This document shows, piece after piece, positions 28,340 through 38,113 of a DNA stretch of 64,000 nucleotides (position 1 is the first letter of the stretch; each line of letters begins with the position of its first letter). The translations under genes were made by a program, and so were the position numbers. This DNA is from Alphaproteobacteria bacterium. GTDB lineage: Bacteria > Pseudomonadota > Alphaproteobacteria > CAAHEQ01 > UBA3637. The stretch lies in contig JAGCKR010000060.1 of the NCBI GenBank assembly GCA_017647405.1, positions 12,381 to 76,380 of the forward strand, in the 5' to 3' direction. A model generated the notes under the pieces. It had not been told where the DNA came from, did no database searches, and saw only the letters and a list, made by a program, of their open reading frames with translations.

Positions 28340-29869
28340 ATGACAAGACAAAAACCTGTTGTGCTTTGTATTTTGGATGGTTGGGGATATCGCGCTGAAA
28401 CGGATTATAATGCCATTGAAACGGGGAATACTCCTGTTTGGCACAATTTGATTAAAGAATATCCGACAACAATGCTCAAAACTTCCGGTTTGGATGTTGG
28501 TTTGCCGGCAGGTCAAATGGGTAACTCAGAAGTGGGGCATACGAATTTGGGAGCAGGGCGTGTTGTTTTGCAGGATTTGCCTCGTATTGATAAAGCGATA
28601 GAGACAAAAACATTAAACGAAAATCCTGTTTTATTAGATTTAATTGAAAGTTTGAAAAAATCAGGTGGCGTCTGTCATTTAATGGGACTTATTGGTCATG
28701 GGGGCGTTCATGCACAACAAACGCATATTATTGCACTTGCTAAAATTTTAGATGAAGCAGGGGTAAAGGTTTGGTTGCATTGCTTTATGGATGGTCGTGA
28801 TACGGCACCGGATTCAGGTCTTGGCTTTGTGAAAGAATTAAATGGGGCGTTGGCCGGTTGTTTAAATGTTAAAATTGCAACGGTATCTGGTCGCTATTAT
28901 GCCATGGATCGGGATAACAGATGGGAACGTATTGATCTTGCTTATCAAGCTCTTGTCGATGCAAAAGGAAAGCGTTTTGAAACGGCTGAAAGTGCGATTG
29001 AAAGTTCTTATTCTGAAAAAGTTTATGATGAATTTATTATTCCGTGCGTAATTGGGGATTATGAAGGAATGAAAGATGGTGATGGTTTAATTATGTCAAA
29101 CTATCGCTCTGATCGTGCAAGAGAAATCACCCGTATTTTATTGCAATCGGATTTTGATGCTGCTCCTCGTTCACGTGTTGTGCAATTTGCTGGAGCTGTG
29201 GCGATGACGGAATATTCTGTTGAGCATAATAAATGGCTTAAAGTTTTGTTCCCACCTGAAGAATTAACCAATATTTTTGGCGAAGTGATTGCGCAACATG
29301 GTTTAAAACAATTACGTATCGCTGAAACAGAAAAATATGCTCATGTTACTTTCTTTTTTAATGGTGGTAAAGAAACATTATTCCCGAATGAAGAACGCAT
29401 TTTGGTTCCAAGTCCAAAAGTAGCGACTTATGATTTGAAACCGGAAATGTCAGCCATTGAAGTGACGGATAAATTAGTTGAAGCTATCAATGAAGATAAA
29501 TTTGATGTGATTATCGTTAACTATGCTAATGGCGATATGGTTGGTCATACTGGGGTGATGGAAGCAGCTGTCAAAGCAGTTGAAACAGTGGATGCTTGTT
29601 TAGGTCGAGTTGTTGAGGCTGTTAAAGCTAAAGATGGAGCTGTTTTTGTTACAGCTGACCACGGGAATGCTGAACGCATGAAAGATGAAATAACGGGTGC
29701 ACCATATACGGCACATACGAACACTCCGGTGATGGCGGTTTTGGTAAATGCACATGGTGTTAAAGGATTAAAAGAAGGTTGTTTGGCAGATGTTGCCCCA
29801 ACTCTTCTTGAAATTATGAATATTGCTCAGCCAAGTGATATGACGGGTACTTCTTTAATTGAAAAATAA
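28340..29869 (+). CDS. gpmI: 2,3-bisphosphoglycerate-independent phosphoglycerate mutase
   Basis: ILDGWG, GQMGNSEVGH, DGRDT, GRYYAMDRD, AETEKYAHVT, TADHGNAE. Confidence 0.98.
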   Translation: MTRQKPVVLCILDGWGYRAETDYNAIETGNTPVWHNLIKEYPTTMLKTSGLDVGLPAGQMGNSEVGHTNLGAGRVVLQDLPRIDKAIETKTLNENPVLLDLIESLKKSGGVCHLMGLIGHGGVHAQQTHIIALAKILDEAGVKVWLHCFMDGRDTAPDSGLGFVKELNGALAGCLNVKIATVSGRYYAMDRDNRWERIDLAYQALVDAKGKRFETAESAIESSYSEKVYDEFIIPCVIGDYEGMKDGDGLIMSNYRSDRAREITRILLQSDFDAAPRSRVVQFAGAVAMTEYSVEHNKWLKVLFPPEELTNIFGEVIAQHGLKQLRIAETEKYAHVTFFFNGGKETLFPNEERILVPSPKVATYDLKPEMSAIEVTDKLVEAINEDKFDVIIVNYANGDMVGHTGVMEAAVKAVETVDACLGRVVEAVKAKDGAVFVTADHGNAERMKDEITGAPYTAHTNTPVMAVLVNAHGVKGLKEGCLADVAPTLLEIMNIAQPSDMTGTSLIEK

Positions 29870-29884
29870 GAAGTTTCTTAAAAT

Positions 29885-29921
29885 AAAAAACTCACTTAAA
29901 GGGATTTTAAGTGAGTTTTTT
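29885..29921. terminator. bidirectional terminator
   Basis: AAAAAACTCACTTAAA-GGGAT-TTTAAGTGAGTTTTTT. Confidence 0.8.
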
Positions 29922-29954
29922 ATTACTTTTGAATTTGTTAAGTCATGCTGATTG

Positions 29955-31019
29955 TTATATAATCACGCCGCCGCATAACACACAATCATCTTGATAGCAA
30001 ACAACCGATTGACCTTTTGTGAGAGCGCTTTGTTCTTCATCAAAAACAACTTCAATTTCAGTATCAGACAGACGAATAAGTGTTGCAGGAACAGAACGAC
30101 CGGCCGAGCGATATTTTGCCATCACAGGGAAGGGCGTGTTTAAAGGGATATCTATTCCGCCTATAACAACTTCATTTGCCAAGCATTTTTTTGAAAATGT
30201 GGCTTCTTTGGGGGCAACGATCACTTCATTATTTTTAGCATCAAGTTCAACAACATAAAGCGGAACAGGATGCGCAATGCCAAGTCCTTTGCGTTGGCCA
30301 ATGGTGTAATTAAAAAAGCCTTCGTGATGTCCCAAAATTGTGCCGTTAATATGACGAATAACTCCTTTTTTAGGAGATTGCTCTAAAAGATCGGCATAAT
30401 CTCCACTATAAAAATCCTGACTATCTTTTTTCTCAGCAACAGGAATGTTTCTTTCCATAGCCATGTTGCGCACTTCTTCTTTTGTGAAATTACCAAGAGG
30501 GAACATAATGGTTTTAAGTTGTTCTTGTGTTAGGCGATAAAGAAAATAGCTTTGATCTTTTTTTTCGTCTTTGCCTTTTTTTAGGATATATTTCCCATTT
30601 TTTTCTTCAATATTGGCATAATGACCTGTGGCAAAACAATCAAATTCAACGCCTTCTTTTTTTGCGCGTTCTAATAAAAGACCAAACTTCATTTCGGCAT
30701 TGCATTTAATGCAAGGGTTGGGCGTTGTTCCATTCAAATACGATTCTTTAAAATATTTTAAAACAGTTTGTTTATATTCTTCTGAGCAATCAAGAATAAC
30801 CGTTTCAATGCCGTGATTTTTTGCCCATTCTTGTGCCAATTTATAATCTTCTTTTTCTTTTGGACCATAACAAGAGTTTATAGATTCTTTTAAATTTGGA
30901 ATATCTTTATTATAAATTGACATGCTCAGACCAATAACGTCATATCCTTGTTCTTTTAAAAGAAGCGCTGCCAAAGTTGAATCCACTCCACCACTTAATC
31001 CAATTGCTATTTTTTTCAT
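29955..31019 (-). CDS. mnmA: tRNA 2-thiouridine(34) synthase
   Basis: SGGVDS, TPNPCIKCN, ATGHYA, KDQSYFL, YTIGQRKGLG. Confidence 0.96.
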   Translation of the reverse strand: MKKIAIGLSGGVDSTLAALLLKEQGYDVIGLSMSIYNKDIPNLKESINSCYGPKEKEDYKLAQEWAKNHGIETVILDCSEEYKQTVLKYFKESYLNGTTPNPCIKCNAEMKFGLLLERAKKEGVEFDCFATGHYANIEEKNGKYILKKGKDEKKDQSYFLYRLTQEQLKTIMFPLGNFTKEEVRNMAMERNIPVAEKKDSQDFYSGDYADLLEQSPKKGVIRHINGTILGHHEGFFNYTIGQRKGLGIAHPVPLYVVELDAKNNEVIVAPKEATFSKKCLANEVVIGGIDIPLNTPFPVMAKYRSAGRSVPATLIRLSDTEIEVVFDEEQSALTKGQSVVCYQDDCVLCGGVII

Positions 31020-31028
31020 AAACGCTCC

Positions 31029-31943
31029 TTAAAATAAATACCAGATATAGCCTGCATAAGAAAGTAAAAATAAAACACCAATGGTTCGTGAAAAACATTT
31101 CTGCCAAAAGGCGATAGTAGTTAAAATAGTAGCAACCAAAAGCATAATTACTGAATCAATTTGCATATTAGCATCAATTTTAATCGGTAAAACAAGGGCG
31201 ACTGCTCCTAAAATGAAAAGGGCATTATAAATATTTGATCCGACAACATTTCCAAACGCAACACCGTTTTCTTTTTTTAATGAAGCAACCATGGAGGCGG
31301 CAAGTTCCGGTAGCGATGTGCCGACCGCAACAATGGTCAGGCCGATAACGGCTTCTGAAACACCCCAAATCCTGGCCAATGTAATGGCATTATCAATCAA
31401 AAATTTGGCGCCCAGCATAGTCAGTGCAATACCAATAATTGAGATGATAAGGGCTTTGGGTAGGGACATTTTTGGGCTTTCTTCTTCATCTTCTTTATGA
31501 TTTTTTTTGTCTGTTTTATAGCAATAATAAACATAGCCAATTAATGTTAAAACAAAAATAAGACCCATAAATCGATTAATGAATCCTAAATAAGAGGCGA
31601 TGACAACAAAGATACTGGCAATCATTAAAACAAGCCCATCGCGTTTAAAATCTTTGATGTCAATTTTAACAGGATGAACAACGGTAGCAGCGCCTAACAC
31701 CAGTAAAATATTGGCAATATTTGAACCGATAACATTTCCGACAGCAATGCCGTTTGATCCTTTAAAAACGGAAATAAGTGAGGCGAGAAGCTCAGGGGTT
31801 GAAGTGCCAAATCCCACCAAAACAAGGCCGATCACAAGAGACGAAAGCCCCATTTTTTTGGCTACATTAACGGAACCATCAACAAGCAAATTTCCCCCGT
31901 AAACAAGCAAACAAAGACCGATAATAAGCATTAAATAAACCAT
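31029..31943 (-). CDS. Ca2+/Na+ antiporter (YrbG family)
   Basis: Two alpha-repeats GTS(T/L)PEL...GNV(I/V)GSNI. Confidence 0.93.
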   Translation of the reverse strand: MVYLMLIIGLCLLVYGGNLLVDGSVNVAKKMGLSSLVIGLVLVGFGTSTPELLASLISVFKGSNGIAVGNVIGSNIANILLVLGAATVVHPVKIDIKDFKRDGLVLMIASIFVVIASYLGFINRFMGLIFVLTLIGYVYYCYKTDKKNHKEDEEESPKMSLPKALIISIIGIALTMLGAKFLIDNAITLARIWGVSEAVIGLTIVAVGTSLPELAASMVASLKKENGVAFGNVVGSNIYNALFILGAVALVLPIKIDANMQIDSVIMLLVATILTTIAFWQKCFSRTIGVLFLLSYAGYIWYLF

Positions 31944-32039
31944 GTTTTCCTCTTTTCTTTAAAGTTAAAGTGAAAATATTTTAACTGATTTTCTTTTTTT
32001 TTGCAAATTGAAAAAAGAGATCTTTTGAATATAATTTTA

Positions 32040-32089
32040 TGTGACAATATTGTTACATAATAAATACATATTTGTTACATTTTGTTTCA
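32040..32089 (+). promoter_or_regulatory. phased TGTTACA-like direct repeats (OmpR-family box array)
   Basis: TGTGACA 32040, TGTTACA 32051, AAATACA 32062, TGTTACA 32073, TGTTTCA 32083. Confidence 0.55.
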
Positions 32090-32167
32090 AATTTACTTAT
32101 TTAATTTCTTTTTCATAAAAATATATGTATCAAAAAAAGGTCTTTAATAACTTATAGGAGTTTTATT

Positions 32168-33505
32168 ATGAAAAAATTATTAATACCGGCTGTTGCTTTG
32201 GGGGCCATGATCATTTCAACAGGTGCTGAAGCTGCCGGATACCATTTGTCAGAATACACAACAACAGGTCTCGGTCGTTCATTCGCTGGTGTTGGTGTGA
32301 TGGGGGATGACTATTCTGCAATTGGTTTTAACCCAGCTGGTATGCAATATAATGCAAAAAGTGGTGGTCAAACAGGTTTAACAATGGTGAGCTTGCACAC
32401 AGATTATAAAGGCAGTGTTGGCCCTGAAACTGATGCATTAAGTGTTGCAGTGAAGTCGCCGAATACTCATGTAAAAACAGGTCGAGGCCATACACGCCCA
32501 ACACGTGTTTTGCCAAATATTTTTGCTCAGCATAAAATGAATGATCGTATGACATTTGGTATTGGTGCTTATGTTCCATATGGTTTGGCAACAGATTATG
32601 ATGATGGTTGGTTTGGTGAAACACATGCTGGGTTATCAGAAGTTTCAGCAGTGAATGTAAGTCCAGCTTTATCATATCAAGTAACAGATACTTTTGCTTT
32701 GGGTGCTGCGCTTAACATTCAACATATTTCTGCTCGTTTAACAAGTGCAACAACTTCACCTTCTCCAGATCCAAGAATTCCTGGTGCGCTTACTTTTGAT
32801 GGAGTTACAAATAATTTAGAAGGGGATGATGTTGGTGTTGGTTACACAATTGGTGCAACATTTACGCCAAGAAAAGATGTTCGTTTAGGTGTTTCATACC
32901 GATCAAAAATCAAACATAAATTAGAAGGTGATTTAAAATTAACAGGTGTTAGCCAAGCTCAATCAATGGTTGCAGCAGCAAGTGGTAAATCATTAGGAAA
33001 TGGTAACCAAGATATTTTCACAAAAATCACAACACCTGAAGTTGTTTTATTCTCAGGAGCTTGGGATTTCAACAAATGCTTTACTTTAACGGGTACAGCT
33101 CGTTGGACTCGTTGGAGCCAATTTGATGATTTAGATATTTATAGCAAAAAAACAGGTGCTGGTATTTCAAAAACAAATGAAAACTGGAAAAACACATGGT
33201 ATTATGCTGTTGGTTTGGATTATAGACGTAATCAAAACTGGACATTCAGAACTGGTATTGGTTATGATGAAACAGTGATTAAATCTCCAGAATATCGCAC
33301 AGCTCGTATTCCAGATGGTCGCCGTGTGTTAACATCTTTGGGTGTTTCATATAAGAAAAACAATTGGCAAATTGATGCTGGTTATATGCACATCTTTATT
33401 CATGGATCACATGCTTATGGCAAATCAGCTGGTGCATCTGATATCGATATGAAATATTCATCAAGCGCTGATTTGCTCAGCTTTGGGGTGCAATATAAGT
33501 TCTAA
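32168..33505 (+). CDS. OmpP1/FadL/TodX outer-membrane channel
   Basis: Signal peptide, LGRSFAG...NPAG hatch motif, PYGL, TARIPDG.R, C-terminal YKF. Confidence 0.92.
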   Translation: MKKLLIPAVALGAMIISTGAEAAGYHLSEYTTTGLGRSFAGVGVMGDDYSAIGFNPAGMQYNAKSGGQTGLTMVSLHTDYKGSVGPETDALSVAVKSPNTHVKTGRGHTRPTRVLPNIFAQHKMNDRMTFGIGAYVPYGLATDYDDGWFGETHAGLSEVSAVNVSPALSYQVTDTFALGAALNIQHISARLTSATTSPSPDPRIPGALTFDGVTNNLEGDDVGVGYTIGATFTPRKDVRLGVSYRSKIKHKLEGDLKLTGVSQAQSMVAAASGKSLGNGNQDIFTKITTPEVVLFSGAWDFNKCFTLTGTARWTRWSQFDDLDIYSKKTGAGISKTNENWKNTWYYAVGLDYRRNQNWTFRTGIGYDETVIKSPEYRTARIPDGRRVLTSLGVSYKKNNWQIDAGYMHIFIHGSHAYGKSAGASDIDMKYSSSADLLSFGVQYKF

Positions 33506-33527
33506 TATTGAGTGCATTTGATTAATA

Positions 33528-33569
33528 AAAAAAAGAAGAGGAAAATAAAAAAATACCTCTTCTTTTTTT
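33528..33569 (+). terminator. intrinsic terminator
   Basis: AAAAAAGAAGAGG...CCTCTTCTTTTTTT. Confidence 0.7.
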
Positions 33570-33640
33570 GTTTTTTTATTGACTTTTGCTTTGATAAATA
33601 GGTATAAAAATAAACAGGTTCATCAAAAAAGGAGATATAA

Positions 33641-34606
33641 ATGACAAAAAACAGAAAAAATAATCATCATGGTCCAAAACCAGAAGGAAAATGTTGCGCT
33701 GAAAAAGAAGCTGTTTGTGAAACTTCTTGCAAATGTGAAGCTGAATGCAAATCAGAAGGCGCTTGCAAATGTGGTTCTGGATGTAAATGTTGTTCAAAAT
33801 CTTCCGGTAAAACGGCAGTTAAATGTTTAACAATGTTGACATCTGCATTGATGATTTCAACGGCAATTTTGTTTGTTGGTATGGAAATGACAAAGCCTCA
33901 ACCAGCTCCGCGCACTTTGGGTAATATTGATCTTCAGATCACTGATTATTTGCGCAAAAATGCTTCTATTGTTATAAAGGTTATCGAGGAAGAACAAGAA
34001 AGAATTGAAGCCGAACGCAAAGCCGAAGAACAAAGATTGAAAGCTGAAGCTCAAAAGAAACAAATGGAAAAAATGAAAGAATATGTTGAAAAAATTTCAA
34101 AAGATTCAAACTATTATTCTTTAGGTAATAAAGATGGTAAATTTGTTATTATTGAGTTCTTTGATTATCGTTGTGGCTGGTGTAAAAGAACAAACAGCGC
34201 TCTTTGGGCAGAAATTGATGCTAAAAAAGCACCAAACATTCGCTGGATTCCGGTTGATGCGCCAATCTTTGGTGAAGGAAGTGCTTTGATTTCAAAATAT
34301 GTTTTAGCGGCCGGCAAACAAGGAAAATATTCAGAAATGCATCATGAAGTTGCTTCTGCAACAGGTAATTTGGATAAAGCTGCTTTGGAAGAATTAGCTA
34401 AAAAAGTTGGTTTAAATATGGACCAATTAGCAAAAGATGTTGACTCTGATGCTATTAAAAATCAATTGGAAGCAAACATGCAAATGGCACAGGAAATTGG
34501 TGTTCAAGGGGTTCCATTTATGATTGTTAATGGAAAACCACATGGGGGTGCTTTATTGAATGAATCTTTGGCACAAGCTGTTAAAGAATCAAACGAAATG
34601 AAATAA
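33641..34606 (+). CDS. DsbA/ScsC (Com1)-like thioredoxin-fold protein with Cys-rich N-terminal extension
   Basis: IEFFDYRCGWCK active site, GVQGVP cis-Pro loop, coiled coil, TM anchor; strong GGAG RBS. Confidence 0.9.
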   Translation: MTKNRKNNHHGPKPEGKCCAEKEAVCETSCKCEAECKSEGACKCGSGCKCCSKSSGKTAVKCLTMLTSALMISTAILFVGMEMTKPQPAPRTLGNIDLQITDYLRKNASIVIKVIEEEQERIEAERKAEEQRLKAEAQKKQMEKMKEYVEKISKDSNYYSLGNKDGKFVIIEFFDYRCGWCKRTNSALWAEIDAKKAPNIRWIPVDAPIFGEGSALISKYVLAAGKQGKYSEMHHEVASATGNLDKAALEELAKKVGLNMDQLAKDVDSDAIKNQLEANMQMAQEIGVQGVPFMIVNGKPHGGALLNESLAQAVKESNEMK

Positions 34607-34625
34607 ATTGATTTTTTAGTAAAGG

Positions 34626-34655
34626 AAAAGGCGACTGTTTCAAGTCGCCTTTTTT
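34626..34655. terminator. bidirectional terminator
   Basis: AAAAGGCGACT-N6-AGTCGCCTTTTTT. Confidence 0.8.
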
Positions 34656-34661
34656 AATTAT

Positions 34662-35624
34662 TTAAGACCGTTCATTTGAATGATAAAAAGCTTTATGTGG
34701 AATTTTTTTCCAGTTAAAGGGGCGGTGCCCATAAACTTTTTCAATATCGATATAAGGAACATTTCCCATGTTTTGTCCAGGGTGTGCAAAAATAAGATTG
34801 CTAAAATCTTTTGAATAAATATCAACATTTTCAGGAGGGCAAAGTGAAAAAGCAGCAGTTGAATAAAAGGTGCAAACTTTTTTAGGTTTCACCATCATTG
34901 AAAGTAATTCTGCCGGCACTTGTCGTGTGATAATGGGAACATTTGGAAAAATTTCTCCCCAATTTGTTTTTTCTCTTGGGTGTGGTTTAATCACAACTTG
35001 ATCTAAATCATAATTGCTTAAAATACTTTTATAAAGTTGAATTTTTTCTTCTTCGGAAACAATAGAATCTTCACTTAAAGGTTGCGTGATTAAAATAACA
35101 GATTTAGATTCCAAAAGTTTCAATGTTTTTTCGTTAACATTAAAAATGGAAGCGATTTTTGCTTTTTCTTTTTCTGTTTTTTCATTCCATAATTTTTCCA
35201 AATCATGAACAATAAGTTTGGGATGAGCTGATTTTTCTATATCATGACCAAGTTTGGTTGTGTAACACTGGATGATATTTTTATTATTCAAATGCTTTTC
35301 AACCATATGAGAGTCACTTGCTCCGTCTGACAAAGAATAAAACGGATATCTCTCGGAGATTTCACGGGCGTATGGTGTTACTAAATTTCCATAAAATGGA
35401 ACTTCAAATCCTTCTAATTTACTCTCTAATTTATCTAAAAAAGAATGAATATATTCACTCAACATTTCCTTTGGGGGTAATTTAATGCTTGCTTTTGATT
35501 TTAAAGTACAATCCTTAATAGCTGGACCAAGAAGAAAAAATGTGTTATCAATTTTCTTGGTAAAAGCTAAAGAATATTGTAACAATGAGTAAGTTGAGTT
35601 TGCAATAAAAAACTGTGAGATCAT
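34662..35624 (-). CDS. glycosyltransferase family 52-like (Lst-type sialyltransferase family)
   Basis: YSLLQY, LSDG (cf. D/E-D/E-G), LITQPLSED, IKPHPRE, PAELL, TFYSTAA. Confidence 0.78.
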   Translation of the reverse strand: MISQFFIANSTYSLLQYSLAFTKKIDNTFFLLGPAIKDCTLKSKASIKLPPKEMLSEYIHSFLDKLESKLEGFEVPFYGNLVTPYAREISERYPFYSLSDGASDSHMVEKHLNNKNIIQCYTTKLGHDIEKSAHPKLIVHDLEKLWNEKTEKEKAKIASIFNVNEKTLKLLESKSVILITQPLSEDSIVSEEEKIQLYKSILSNYDLDQVVIKPHPREKTNWGEIFPNVPIITRQVPAELLSMMVKPKKVCTFYSTAAFSLCPPENVDIYSKDFSNLIFAHPGQNMGNVPYIDIEKVYGHRPFNWKKIPHKAFYHSNERS

Positions 35625-35691
35625 TTAACCCTCCTTTTAATGGAGTTAAGTATATCATATACAAGCTTATTTGTCAAAAATTGTGACGATG

Positions 35692-36792
35692 CTACATTTC
35701 TCGTTGCATAACAGCAACAAATAAACCATCTGTTTTTGTTTGATATGGAGAAAATTGTTTGTGTGTTTTAAGTTTAAATGTTGGGTGTGTTTTCAAAAAT
35801 TTTTGAACTTGTGAAATATTTTCATCTTGTGTGAGTGAACAAGTCATATATGAAAGATAGGCACCTTTTTCAACATAGGTAGAAGCCTTTTTTAAAATCA
35901 TTTGTTGTTTTTTTAATAAAGATGAAAATTCTTCTTCTGTTAATTTCCATCTGGCATCGGGGCATCTGCGCCAAGTTCCAGTGCCAGAGCAGGGGGCATC
36001 CACAACCACGTGTGAAAATTTAAGTTGAGGATTCTTTTTTAAGTATTTTGGTAAATCTGTTGTTGTTTCAATCATCTGGATTTGGGCACGAAGAGCTCGT
36101 TTTTTGAGTTCTTCTAAACTTTGACGAGAAATGTCATGAGAAATAATCTTTCCTTTTCCCTCCATCATTTGTGCAAAAATAAGAGATTTCCCTCCAGCGC
36201 CCGCACAATAATCAAGAACCGTTTCGCCTTTTTTTATTTTTGTTGCTAGTGCCACTAATTGTGATCCTTCATCTTGCACTTCAATAAGTCCGTTTTTAAA
36301 AGATTGAAGCATATTTAAATTTACTCTGTTCTTTAAAACCAGGCCAAAAGGAGAAAGAGTCGTTTCTTCTGTTTCAACACCTTCTTTTAAAAGAGCTTGA
36401 CGAATAGCTGCTCTGTTTCCGTTTGCTCTTAAAATGATTTGCGGTGAATCCAAAAGAGCAGGGAGCTCCTTTTCTGGATTTTTAATTTTTTGAACAATCC
36501 AGTCAGGCACCTCCATTTGAATGTGAAAAGGCATTCTTTCATTTTTTTGAAGAGTATTTGCATTTAAAATTTCAATTCGTTTTGAAATAGGAAGAGTGGG
36601 ATATAAATAATCAAGTCGCATCTTGTGTCTGATGTATATCCAAACAAGATCTGTGAGTTTTTTTCTATCTTTGGATCCGAATGATTTATGCGTTCTTGTA
36701 AACGAATTAATTATTTCACTTGCAGGACGTTTTTCCCGCTCAATTTTTGCAATAAGATTACTTGCTTCTAAAAGAATAACTTCTTCTTTCAT
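35692..36792 (-). CDS. RsmB/NOP family RNA m5C methyltransferase
   Basis: VQDEGSQL, DYCAGAGGKS, DAPCSGTG, YMTCS. Confidence 0.92.
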   Translation of the reverse strand: MKEEVILLEASNLIAKIEREKRPASEIINSFTRTHKSFGSKDRKKLTDLVWIYIRHKMRLDYLYPTLPISKRIEILNANTLQKNERMPFHIQMEVPDWIVQKIKNPEKELPALLDSPQIILRANGNRAAIRQALLKEGVETEETTLSPFGLVLKNRVNLNMLQSFKNGLIEVQDEGSQLVALATKIKKGETVLDYCAGAGGKSLIFAQMMEGKGKIISHDISRQSLEELKKRALRAQIQMIETTTDLPKYLKKNPQLKFSHVVVDAPCSGTGTWRRCPDARWKLTEEEFSSLLKKQQMILKKASTYVEKGAYLSYMTCSLTQDENISQVQKFLKTHPTFKLKTHKQFSPYQTKTDGLFVAVMQREM

Positions 36793-36795
36793 GGA

Positions 36796-37488
36796 CTAGG
36801 CCTCTTCTTGGTTTAAACCTTTAAATCCCGTAGCAACAACATAAACTTCAGAGGAATCTTTTCGACTGGCATCCGGTTTTGCGTGTTTCACAACTTTAAA
36901 ATGTTGTTTCATTTCAGCCAAAAATTGGTTCTCGGTACCACCTTGAAAAATTTTAGCGATAAATACACCCCCGGGATTTAAAACCTGAATGGCAAAATCA
37001 TAAGCCATTTCAAGTAAATTCATAATTCTTAAATGGTCGAGTGCGTGAACCCCTGTTGTATTTGCAGCCATATCAGACATCACAATATCGGCTTTATGGC
37101 CTCCTAATAATTCTTTAAGTATATCAGGAGCTTCATCCTTTGTGAAGTCCATTTGAACAAGTTTTGCCCCACTGATTGGTTCGGCGGGTAATAAATCCAT
37201 GCCAACAACTAATGGGTTTTCTGGATTTGATTGAACACGTTTAACGGCAACTTGTGACCAACCGCCTGGGGCGCATCCTAAATCCACCACGCGTTTTCCT
37301 GGTTTAAAAAAATGAAATTGATCATCAAGTTGCATAATTTTAAAGGCGGCGCGTCCTCTATATCCTAGTCGATGGGCTTCGCTGACATAAGGATCATTCA
37401 CTTGGCGTTGTAACCACTTTGTGCTGGAAGCTTTTCTTCCCTTTACTTTTTTGAGATGCGTTTTCAACGGGCGAGCCGTAAATTTCAT
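36796..37488 (-). CDS. rlmE: 23S rRNA Um2552 methyltransferase
   Basis: WLQRQVNDPYV, DLGCAPGGWSQ, SDMA, KPDASRKDSSE. Confidence 0.96.
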   Translation of the reverse strand: MKFTARPLKTHLKKVKGRKASSTKWLQRQVNDPYVSEAHRLGYRGRAAFKIMQLDDQFHFFKPGKRVVDLGCAPGGWSQVAVKRVQSNPENPLVVGMDLLPAEPISGAKLVQMDFTKDEAPDILKELLGGHKADIVMSDMAANTTGVHALDHLRIMNLLEMAYDFAIQVLNPGGVFIAKIFQGGTENQFLAEMKQHFKVVKHAKPDASRKDSSEVYVVATGFKGLNQEEA

Positions 37489-37512
37489 TTTGATACTCCG
37501 ATAGTTATAAAA

Positions 37513-38103
37513 TTATTGATGTTGGTTGGTTCTTGAAAGTGGCATAGGTGCAGTATTTGCATCGATTGAAACGGGTGTTCTTGTTTCCAACGAATGATTG
37601 TTTCGATTTTCAAGACCGGCTAATTGCTGACGCATGACTGCTCTTGCTTGATCATTTTTCGGGGCTAAGTACAAAAAAGATTTGCCATTTGAACCTTTGG
37701 CCGTTACATTTAAACCACTTAAATTTGCTCTTAAAACAAATGCCTTTGTTTCCGAGGGAAGAGTTTCAAAAAAAGCCTGCCGTACCTGAGGCATGTAAGG
37801 AACTTGTTCTGCTTCTTCAGCTGAAACAACAGCAATCCCTGCTTGAGAGGCTTTTTCTTTTAGAAGAACGGCATAAGGCAAGCCTTGTTCCGGATTGAAT
37901 GAAACAGACCTGCTTAATTCAGCATTTTGAACTTGTGCATGGGATGGTAAAAACGTTAATTTTTCTGCAGATCCATTTGGTGTAAAAGAAACGGCAAGAC
38001 CAGCATTATTTGCCTTTCTAACAAATTCACGCTCTTCACGTGTGAGCATGTCTAAATTATTTGTTTCTTGTGTTGGTTGTATGGATTGTGCATTGTCAGT
38101 CAT
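37513..38103 (-). CDS. hypothetical protein with internal degenerate repeats
   Basis: 196-aa ORF with AAGGA RBS; repeated L..E...FV.(K/R)AN..GL.V motif. Confidence 0.7.
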   Translation of the reverse strand: MTDNAQSIQPTQETNNLDMLTREEREFVRKANNAGLAVSFTPNGSAEKLTFLPSHAQVQNAELSRSVSFNPEQGLPYAVLLKEKASQAGIAVVSAEEAEQVPYMPQVRQAFFETLPSETKAFVLRANLSGLNVTAKGSNGKSFLYLAPKNDQARAVMRQQLAGLENRNNHSLETRTPVSIDANTAPMPLSRTNQHQ

Positions 38104-38113
38104 GAAAAATCCT

